Source of the DNA: a virus
Length of the DNA stretch: 64,000 nucleotides
Virus record (IMG/VR): IMGVR_UViG_3300001533_001295
Location: 20,773 to 84,772 of that record
Direction: 5' to 3' (one strand)
Made by a program: the position numbers and the translations under genes. The stretch's first letter is position 1. Each line of letters begins with the position of its first letter. Under the pieces are notes generated by a model, which searched no databases, was not told where the DNA came from, and saw nothing but the letters and a program-made list of their open reading frames with translations. Positions 27,598-34,758 of this stretch are shown here, piece after piece.

Positions 27598-27867
27598 ATG
27601 TTCAAATCAATAATTGCAGGTAAACGTGTAGCAGTTATTAAAGTTAGAGTTAGCTTGCGGGAAGTTAATTATTACGAATATAAGTTTAATAATTGGAAAA
27701 ACACGGGTATAAATTTTTCTAGGGATACGGGAGCTGCTTTAATGAAGCGATCTTCATCGTATTTTTGTTCCAGCGGTAGAACACTTAAAACGGTGTTTGT
27801 TTGTATGACGTTAGGAAATGGAGATAACGTTGACAAAGTCGTACAGGTGTTCCCGTCGTATGATTGA
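27598..27867 (+). CDS. RxTGP-array protein (variant)
   Basis: RDTGA. Confidence 0.6.
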   Translation: MFKSIIAGKRVAVIKVRVSLREVNYYEYKFNNWKNTGINFSRDTGAALMKRSSSYFCSSGRTLKTVFVCMTLGNGDNVDKVVQVFPSYD

Positions 27868-27894
27868 TAATCGTCTCAACGTAGAAATTCATCC

Positions 27895-28128
27895 ATGCTA
27901 GATGATATTGACAGCGACTCAGTTAATGTAGTCGTTACTGTAACGCGGTCTGGCGTTATTGACTTCTTAGTCAGAAAAAGATACACCGGACCTTACGCTA
28001 TAATTAAAGATAGCATATGGTTAATTGAGTCTCACAGAGGATCTATGTGTGACTTTACTACTGTAATTATCACTGCTAGCGATAGGCGGCGGCGCTCAGC
28101 AGGTTTCGCGAGTGAGTGTCTTGATTAA
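27895..28128 (+). CDS. RxTGP-array protein
   Basis: RYTGP. Confidence 0.7.
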   Translation: MLDDIDSDSVNVVVTVTRSGVIDFLVRKRYTGPYAIIKDSIWLIESHRGSMCDFTTVIITASDRRRRSAGFASECLD

Positions 28129-28333
28129 GGATAATCGTAATTTGGTCTACGTAATTGTTAAAGCTAACAATAAATTTAGATTTAACCTTTGCAGGTACAC
28201 AGGTGTCTGTTGTAACACACCTACGTATGCGCTACTTATGCGCCTTAACGTTAATGATGTGTACGTAGATAACATTTGCGTAAAGTACATTTCGGCGTTA
28301 ACGCACAAGATAGAAAAATCAACTCATAGCTGA
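28112..28333 (+). CDS. RxTGP-array protein (variant)
   Basis: RYTGV. Confidence 0.65.
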   Translation: MSVLIKDNRNLVYVIVKANNKFRFNLCRYTGVCCNTPTYALLMRLNVNDVYVDNICVKYISALTHKIEKSTHS

Positions 28334-28334
28334 A

Positions 28335-28598
28335 GTGTTATATATGAAATTAACGCCGTTTATAGTAGATATTTCTCCACAGCAAAAGGCTAAAAACAAG
28401 CACGTAATATTTAACTACGATAACTACAATCAATTTAGATATACTGGAGCTTGCTTAAGCACAAAAACCGACGTAGTCTTGAGAACGCCAACTTTAATAA
28501 CACCAGAGCGACCGAAAGAACTTAGACTTAAACTAATTATTGTAGAATATAAAAAAACGCAGATTTTACCAGTTGCTTATCCTTGGACTCTCGAATAA
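28335..28598 (+). CDS. RxTGP-array protein (variant)
   Basis: RYTGA. Confidence 0.65.
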   Translation: MLYMKLTPFIVDISPQQKAKNKHVIFNYDNYNQFRYTGACLSTKTDVVLRTPTLITPERPKELRLKLIIVEYKKTQILPVAYPWTLE

Positions 28599-28806
28599 CG
28601 CTAATGTAATGACGTTAGTTGTTGAAATTAGTAACACGCTACGCATATCGTATTGCGTAGATAAAAAAACTAATTTAAAAATTATCACAGAATACAGATT
28701 TACTGGGGCTGCGTTTGTAGTTCGCGGTATTTCTTATTTAAACAAAAAAAACACTTTATACTTAATACTTGACGTACGCAACAGAAAGGTAGCTGGTCTT
28801 GTGTAA
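28573..28806 (+). CDS. RxTGP-array protein (variant)
   Basis: RFTGA. Confidence 0.65.
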   Translation: MLILGLSNNANVMTLVVEISNTLRISYCVDKKTNLKIITEYRFTGAAFVVRGISYLNKKNTLYLILDVRNRKVAGLV

Positions 28807-28810
28807 GCCA

Positions 28811-28957
28811 ATGGTAATAGTAACGATTCATTACTTAGAATATAAAATTAACGCAACTTATCCGCACAGATTGCGTGTATTGTGTGCAGCTTATGAACGT
28901 ACGACTTACGGAAATTTACGCCATTATGTTAGAGATACCGGGTTATTTCTTGTTTAA
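28811..28957 (+). CDS. RxTGP-array protein, truncated variant (48 aa, not in ORF track)
   Basis: MVIVTIHYLEY...HYVRDTGLFLV-stop. Confidence 0.5.
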   Translation: MVIVTIHYLEYKINATYPHRLRVLCAAYERTTYGNLRHYVRDTGLFLV

Positions 28958-28960
28958 ACG

Positions 28961-29170
28961 ATGTGTAAGGTATTTAGTATGAATGAATTTGACGTTTTAA
29001 GCGTCGATATTTTTAGTGTCGATTATTTTATTTACGGAGATTACAACAAATACAGACACACCGGCCCCTCTGTAATTAAGAAACATGTAGTAGCTTTAGA
29101 TAAGTATGTAGCCCATCCACGCATACCAGCCAGGATTGATGCGTCTAAAAAAATTACTGATTTTAACTAA
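28961..29170 (+). CDS. RxTGP-array protein
   Basis: RHTGP. Confidence 0.7.
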   Translation: MCKVFSMNEFDVLSVDIFSVDYFIYGDYNKYRHTGPSVIKKHVVALDKYVAHPRIPARIDASKKITDFN

Positions 29171-29172
29171 GT

Positions 29173-29400
29173 ATGAAAAATATCAGAGTAACGGTAGGCA
29201 TCGATGCTAGAAAAATAGCCCACAACACAAGCATACATTTTTGTGTTTATTTTATTTACGTAAACTACGGCAACAAATACGACCGGTTTACCGGTCCTTG
29301 CGCGTCTTTTCAAGATGACACTGTCTCGATCAACAACACCGAATTAGACTTAAAGAAAAAGACAGAACGCAGTTACTTAAATTATTTTTACCGCAGATAG
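29173..29400 (+). CDS. RxTGP-array protein
   Basis: RFTGP. Confidence 0.7.
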   Translation: MKNIRVTVGIDARKIAHNTSIHFCVYFIYVNYGNKYDRFTGPCASFQDDTVSINNTELDLKKKTERSYLNYFYRR

Positions 29401-29406
29401 TAACTA

Positions 29407-29649
29407 TTAAAAAGACTTGACCTCGTTTTTATTTAAATCAACATCAGTGTTGTTGACTGAGTTACCTAAATTAGAGCAAGAGCCAAGTATAGTTATTACG
29501 CCTACGACAACTGTAACCCAAGCAGCTACTGTAGAAGGCTTGAGTACGTCTTTACCTTCTCCAGGTTCGTTTAAGTAATCTCCACCAACTACTTTGTCTA
29601 TCTTATTTACGTTGTTGATGTTTATTTTAGTGATCTTATCTCTTCGCAT
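29407..29649 (-). CDS. single-pass membrane protein
   Basis: Hydrophobic VAAWVTVVVGVITILG; last gene of a three-gene minus-strand operon. Confidence 0.6.
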   Translation of the reverse strand: MRRDKITKININNVNKIDKVVGGDYLNEPGEGKDVLKPSTVAAWVTVVVGVITILGSCSNLGNSVNNTDVDLNKNEVKSF

Positions 29650-29650
29650 A

Positions 29651-29953
29651 TCAGTCTACTTTATTATTAGTTTCTCCACCTAGATTACCTATAGAGTTTA
29701 CTCGGTCTATATCTATGTTGACGTTGGACTTGTTACTAATGATTTGTACTGAGTGAATTAAATTCTCATGCCTAGTACACAGGTGCTCAAACTTACTTTC
29801 TAACTTACCTATATCAGCTACACACCTATCTATGTTTTGTGCGTGAAATCTCATGTTAGCTTTAAGGTTAGTGATGTCTGCGTATATAGCTGCAAACTCT
29901 CCTCTAAGCTTATCTAACCTGTCTATGAGTTCTACGTATCTAGTGACGTCCAC
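29651..29953 (-). CDS. coiled-coil protein
   Basis: Heptad pattern; AAGG RBS. Confidence 0.6.
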   Translation of the reverse strand: MDVTRYVELIDRLDKLRGEFAAIYADITNLKANMRFHAQNIDRCVADIGKLESKFEHLCTRHENLIHSVQIISNKSNVNIDIDRVNSIGNLGGETNNKVD

Positions 29954-29966
29954 GACTAAACCTTAA

Positions 29967-30614
29967 CTAGCTAGAGCATAGTAAATAATGTTTTCCGTCA
30001 AACATATATTTATGTACGTGCGTGTGTATCTTACGTAGCTCATTATTACTTAAACCAACCTCCAATGTTAATTCTGCGTCATGTCTACAACTGGGTATAG
30101 CTAAAATTAGGTATAATTCTTTTATACTGTCCTCACTCAAAAACGAATTAACTTCAGACCCTACCAACTCTTCACACACCTTATTAAACTGTTCGGCAAA
30201 TTCTTGTGTCGAAAAAATTACATTTAAATTCTCGTCTATGATGATGAACTTTAAATGTGCTTCTTTTATGCCGTAGAGCGTAGTTATTGCTCGCTGGTTA
30301 GATCCATCCGCATCTGGGATGTAGCTTTCGGTTAAACCATCTATAGCTTTGTCTAAACTATCCTCTATCTTTTTTATGCGTAAATCTTCAAACACCATAA
30401 ACACACACATAAAAGCCAGAGTAGACGAGGCCACGATCGTTATAGTTATCACTAAGCTGTTGTTTTGATTTAACTCTTGCTTAGTAACCGTGTCCAAGCT
30501 AACTTCTGCTGCGTAATTAATCTTGTAGTCGAGATTAAACAACGTAATAAATAGAATACTTATGTATACTATCGTTGTAGGTATTAAGTATTTATCGAAT
30601 CCTAAAGTTGTCAT
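29967..30614 (-). CDS. two-TM membrane protein with C-terminal PAS-like domain
   Basis: Two hydrophobic helices, then FIIIDENLNVIFSTQEFAEQFNKVCEELVGSEVNSFL (PAS N-terminal pattern); no kinase domain. Confidence 0.6.
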   Translation of the reverse strand: MTTLGFDKYLIPTTIVYISILFITLFNLDYKINYAAEVSLDTVTKQELNQNNSLVITITIVASSTLAFMCVFMVFEDLRIKKIEDSLDKAIDGLTESYIPDADGSNQRAITTLYGIKEAHLKFIIIDENLNVIFSTQEFAEQFNKVCEELVGSEVNSFLSEDSIKELYLILAIPSCRHDAELTLEVGLSNNELRKIHTHVHKYMFDGKHYLLCSS

Positions 30615-30735
30615 AACTAACTGCTCAAGCTTATCTTATTGTTAACAGGGTTGGTTTTCGCACCGAATTCAATTACCATTGTTTGATGGCTTTACGCCGA
30701 CAATTGAAACTTACTCTATTCTAGGTACAAGTAGC

Positions 30736-31329
30736 ATGTCTGACGAATTAGACGCTGTCCTTAACTATATTAGCTCTAAATTAAATAAGAGCAGCGCTAT
30801 TCCAGCAGAAGAATTAGCGGGTGCGGCGCAGCAGATTCCAGGCCAAGAACCTCCTATGGATCCTGCTGCAGGCGGAGCTCCGCCAGTAGATCCCGCTACT
30901 GGTATGCCTATGGATCCGGCCATGATGGATCCGGCCATGATGGATCCGGCCATGATGGATCCGGCTATGGCTGGCGGACCGCCTATGGATCCTGCGGACG
31001 ATCCTATCTTAGGTGAGCTATTCGGTAAGTTAGATTTAGTAGTAAAGAAGAACTCACAGATCTTAACTCTCGTAGCTTCTATTGCAGAGGCTCTGGGAGT
31101 TCAGCCTAGCATTGCCGAGCTTCTTGAAGCTGGCGAGGACGTGGTAGATGAGAACGCCATGAAGCAGGCCAGCGTTCCAGAAGGTTACGTCGAAGTGCCT
31201 TACGGTTACTCAGACGGCAAACCTAGTCACGTCAGCGATACGGTTGAAGACGTTAAGAACAGTCAGCATGAGAAGCTGTCCTCGTCTGCGGCTGTATTCA
31301 AGCGTTATCTAGCTACGAAAAACAAGTAA
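30736..31329 (+). CDS. acidic Pro/Met-rich putative head protein
   Basis: MDPA repeats, KSS and KQA motifs; ATG 30736 preferred over TTG 30679. Confidence 0.6.
   Translation: MSDELDAVLNYISSKLNKSSAIPAEELAGAAQQIPGQEPPMDPAAGGAPPVDPATGMPMDPAMMDPAMMDPAMMDPAMAGGPPMDPADDPILGELFGKLDLVVKKNSQILTLVASIAEALGVQPSIAELLEAGEDVVDENAMKQASVPEGYVEVPYGYSDGKPSHVSDTVEDVKNSQHEKLSSSAAVFKRYLATKNK
30910..30969 (+). repeat. 15-bp coding tandem repeat x4 (MDPAM)
   Basis: ATGGATCCGGCCATG three times plus ATGGATCCGGCTATG. Confidence 0.9.
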
Positions 31330-31333
31330 AGCT

Positions 31334-31579
31334 GTGAAAAATAATTTATCAGCTGGCATTTTCTCTTTAGGCAGCGATCACGGTAAAGTAATATCTGGCG
31401 ATGTTATCGTGATCTTCGACCAGTATGGGTCGCCTTTGGTAGGCGTAGATAAAGTAGCAAACAAGCTAACTCTTATCTGCACCCACGATAAGCCTGATGA
31501 AATGCGTCAGTTTTTAGCTAGGCATAACATACCAACTAATGTACCTAATGTAACTTCGGTTAAGATACCTCATGGCTGA
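31334..31579 (+). CDS. hypothetical protein
   Basis: Overlaps the start of the RNAP beta'-C gene. Confidence 0.6.
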   Translation: MKNNLSAGIFSLGSDHGKVISGDVIVIFDQYGSPLVGVDKVANKLTLICTHDKPDEMRQFLARHNIPTNVPNVTSVKIPHG

Positions 31580-33890
31580 TCTAACGTTTGGGCAATTAAT
31601 TTTATCTAAAATTTTGCCGCCGGACGTTTATAGGCCGGGGCAATCTATAGATAAAAAATCTATAAATACTATTCTAGAAGACGTAGCTAGAAAGTATCCC
31701 GAACGTTACGAGGACATATCTTTCCAGCTACTTCAGCTAGGTAAAGACAGCGGTATAGCTCAAGGCGGCGCCAGCTTTGATATAGATGATCTTCTAACAC
31801 CTCCGAAGGCTAAAATTAGGAGAGATAAATTAAAAGACAAAATCAAGCTAGTATTAGAGACAGCTCCACCTGAAGCTAGAAATCAGCTGATAGTTGATAT
31901 GCTTCAAAAAGCCAGAGATACTGACGTAGGTGAAGTTCACTCTGAGGCTGAGCAGCTCAAAAATAATTTAGCTATGCAGCTGAAAGGAGCTGGCCGAGGT
32001 AACCCTGTCAATTTAGCTAGATTAATAGCTAGCGATCTAATTTATTCGGACTCAGAAGGAAGTCCTATACCTGTACCTATTCTGCGTAGCTACAGCCAAG
32101 GTTTGACGCCCGGCGAGCATCTCTCCAGTGTGTTTAGTTCTAGGGGAGGTTTGATAGTTACCAAGCTAGGAGTAGGTGAGTCCGGGTATCTATCTAAGAT
32201 GCTATCAGCAGGGGCTCACAGGCTGGCTGTGACCGACGTAGACGCCCCTGAAGATAGGCAGTGGCTAGCTAGCGCTAAAGGCTTGCCTGTAGATACCACT
32301 GACAACGACAACGTAGGATCCCTGCTGGCTTACGATGCAGGCCCTTATAAGAGGAACACGGTACTTACGCCTAAGATACTAGAAGATCTTAAAGATAAAG
32401 GCTACGACCAAATAGCTGTTAGAAGTCCTTTGACGACTACTGAGCCGGAAGGTGGCGTGTACGCTAGAGATGTTGGTTTAGATGAAAACCATAAACTAGT
32501 AGCTGTTGGCTCAATACCAGGAATACTAGCTGCTTCTGCTTTATCTGAGCCTTTAACACAAGGAGCGCTCAGCTGCTTATCAGTTGGTACTTTAGTCAGA
32601 ATGGCGGACAAGTCTGAAAAACCTATTGAAGAAGTTGATATAGGGGAGTGGGTACTGGGCGCAGACGAGTTGGGAAGAGTGTTCCCTACACTTGTCACAA
32701 ATATATGGGATCAAGGCAAGCAGCCGGTATATAAGTACACTTTTTCTAACTTACCCAACTTAGCGCCAGTTGAAGTAGAATGTACCGAAGAGCATGTCGT
32801 ACTTTTATCGGACGGCATGAACAATTCTAAAGAGCCTATCGGTCGTCGCTGCTCTAATAAGACTAACGATATTTGCGCTGTTTACGTAAGTAAAACCGAC
32901 AAAGCTTACAGCGACTGCTGCGCACCGCTTAGCTGCGAGTATGTGGGTGAGCGGCAGTGCTACGACATTGAGGTGTCTAATCCGTCTTCGCTATTCGTGC
33001 TAGCTAGTGGCTTAGTAGTTAGTAACTCGAAGCACGGTGGAGCTACAGCTGGCGGAAACATATCCGGCTTTGCTCTTATAGAGAAGCTAGTTAATACACC
33101 TAAAGAGTTTAGAGAAGCAGCTACTTATGCGTCTAAAGACGGCCAGGTTTCTGCGGTTAAACCTGCGCCGCAAGGTGGTAATTATGTGATTATCAGCGGA
33201 GAGAAGCATTACATACCTGCTTCTGCTAATATAAATGTTAAGCTCGGACAGTCAGTTGAAGCTGGCGACAGACTCAGCTCTGGTCCAATTCACCCGCATT
33301 TAGCTGTCAAGTACAAAGGCTTAGGCGAAGGAGCTCGGCAGGTTACAAGTCAAATCGTTGAATCTATGCGAGATAGCGGTCTTAAAGTTCACCGCAGAAA
33401 TGTCGAGCTTGTAGTCAGAGGGCTTCTCGACCGTGTACGCCTAACGTCTGAATACGGCGATTACGTTCCTGATGACGTAGTGCCTTACAGCCGTATAGAG
33501 AGTTCTTATCAGCCAAGGCATGGGTTTAAACGCCTACCATCTGCTCAAGCAGCCAATAAGTATCTAGAAACTCCTACACTGCATTACACAATTGGAACTA
33601 GAATTACTCCTTCGGTTATAAAGAATTTAAATCGATTTAAGATTGACAAAGTAGACGTACATGATGAACCGCCGCCATTTGAACCAGAAGTGGTCCGTGC
33701 GGTAGATTTATTACAGACGGATCCAGATTGGCTCACTAGGCATTACGGTACAGGACTTCAAAAAGGTTTACTCAAAGCTGTCCATGAAGGCGACGTATCT
33801 TCTACAGATAGTACAAGTTTTGTTCCGGCTAGGGCTAAAGCTGTAGGTTTTGGTGACAATGAGCCTTTTAAGCTAAAACCACAGGTATAA
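31572..33890 (+). CDS. rpoC: RNA polymerase beta' C-terminal subunit with mini-intein
   Basis: SYSQGLTPGE, bridge helix SRGGLIVTKLGVGESGYLSK, VRSPLT, trigger loop ALSEPLTQGALS|SKHGG, HRRNVELVVR. Confidence 0.9.
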   Translation: MADLTFGQLILSKILPPDVYRPGQSIDKKSINTILEDVARKYPERYEDISFQLLQLGKDSGIAQGGASFDIDDLLTPPKAKIRRDKLKDKIKLVLETAPPEARNQLIVDMLQKARDTDVGEVHSEAEQLKNNLAMQLKGAGRGNPVNLARLIASDLIYSDSEGSPIPVPILRSYSQGLTPGEHLSSVFSSRGGLIVTKLGVGESGYLSKMLSAGAHRLAVTDVDAPEDRQWLASAKGLPVDTTDNDNVGSLLAYDAGPYKRNTVLTPKILEDLKDKGYDQIAVRSPLTTTEPEGGVYARDVGLDENHKLVAVGSIPGILAASALSEPLTQGALSCLSVGTLVRMADKSEKPIEEVDIGEWVLGADELGRVFPTLVTNIWDQGKQPVYKYTFSNLPNLAPVEVECTEEHVVLLSDGMNNSKEPIGRRCSNKTNDICAVYVSKTDKAYSDCCAPLSCEYVGERQCYDIEVSNPSSLFVLASGLVVSNSKHGGATAGGNISGFALIEKLVNTPKEFREAATYASKDGQVSAVKPAPQGGNYVIISGEKHYIPASANINVKLGQSVEAGDRLSSGPIHPHLAVKYKGLGEGARQVTSQIVESMRDSGLKVHRRNVELVVRGLLDRVRLTSEYGDYVPDDVVPYSRIESSYQPRHGFKRLPSAQAANKYLETPTLHYTIGTRITPSVIKNLNRFKIDKVDVHDEPPPFEPEVVRAVDLLQTDPDWLTRHYGTGLQKGLLKAVHEGDVSSTDSTSFVPARAKAVGFGDNEPFKLKPQV
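32574..33026 (+). mobile_element. mini-intein (151 aa) in the RNAP trigger loop
   Basis: CLSVGTLV...ECTEEHVV...CYDIEV...LVVSN|S; no endonuclease motifs. Confidence 0.9.
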
Positions 33891-33892
33891 AC

Positions 33893-34744
33893 GTGACTTT
33901 AGATTTTCGTAAATCAGCGCTTTATCAAGCCATTAAAATAGCTAGATGCTGGAAAGGCTACGAACCTGTTCCAGGCATGAAAGCCTATGAACCTGGTTCA
34001 TGCCGGCCTAAAGGCAGCAAGCCAGATAAGAAGAAGAAAGAAGTAAGCTCTAAGGCAGCTAACTATTTAATAAAGCTAGCAATAGATACCGCTCAATACG
34101 GTAGTCCGGGTCCTGCAGCTCGCCAGCAAGCTAGCGTACGAGATCCTAGAAGTCTGTCTTATTTAGCGGAGCCGGGGTTTGGCAATTGGATTTACTCTAT
34201 GGGAGGTGCTATCAGGCACTCTATCCCAGGTATAGGTGGTTATCCTCATAAAAGTTTCTACGATCCTAGAACTACTTCATTAAATCACATGGATCCTGAA
34301 ACTAGGCGCATTAGAGATTTACGTAATTCTTATAATAGATTTTGGGCTGGTTTAGGTTATACGTCTTCTAACACAGAGTTAGAGCAGCAGAGGGCTATGG
34401 ACTACATACAAGCTGCTCGCCTAGGGGCTATTCCTAGAACAGCTATATTTGAGGCCGGCGAAGCTAGACCTCTACAAGATCCTAATTTTATAAGTGCTGC
34501 TAAAACAACTCACTCAGCTCCTGTTGCACCTAGGCCAGCTCCAATAGCTGCCGGATCACCGCCTGCGACTTCTAACGTTACTCCTAATGCTTCAACTACC
34601 GCACAGCCGGCACCTACCGCACAGCCGACAAGTAGCCGTCCAGCTGCTCCGGTTGATAACAGTCCAGTGAGGTTTAGAGCAGCGGATGGTATGGGTGTAG
34701 AAGAAGCTTTAAATAACGTAAGAAGATCTCATTCAAGGAACTAA
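33893..34744 (+). CDS. modular putative head protein with CWKGY peptide
   Basis: KIA|RCWKGYEPVPG...GSC module, KLA boundary, Pro/Ala/Thr-rich tail. Confidence 0.6.
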   Translation: MTLDFRKSALYQAIKIARCWKGYEPVPGMKAYEPGSCRPKGSKPDKKKKEVSSKAANYLIKLAIDTAQYGSPGPAARQQASVRDPRSLSYLAEPGFGNWIYSMGGAIRHSIPGIGGYPHKSFYDPRTTSLNHMDPETRRIRDLRNSYNRFWAGLGYTSSNTELEQQRAMDYIQAARLGAIPRTAIFEAGEARPLQDPNFISAAKTTHSAPVAPRPAPIAAGSPPATSNVTPNASTTAQPAPTAQPTSSRPAAPVDNSPVRFRAADGMGVEEALNNVRRSHSRN

Positions 34745-34758
34745 GTTAGGTAAAATTA

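Larger units (their letters stand above)
23117..29400 (+). repeat. tandem array of 28 paralogous micro-ORFs sharing R-x-T-G-P
   Basis: 24 tracked ORFs plus 4 found manually, 48-97 aa, each with one (R/K/N)-x-T-G-(P/A/S/V/L) motif; third codon positions vary. Confidence 0.9.

Noticed and set aside
23117-29400. CRISPR array or DNA repeat with ~220-bp period (AGATATACCGG-like)
   Set aside because: The recurring sequence is only about 15 nt, varies at synonymous positions and always reads R-x-T-G-P in frame; spacing is irregular and no cas genes are present
23117-29400. Diversity-generating retroelement or integron cassette array
   Set aside because: No reverse transcriptase or integrase in the window, no template/variable pair with adenine-specific differences, and no room for attC sites between overlapping ORFs
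30022-30276. Plus-strand 84-aa ORF
   Set aside because: Lies inside the better-supported minus-strand PAS-like gene and lacks the array motif
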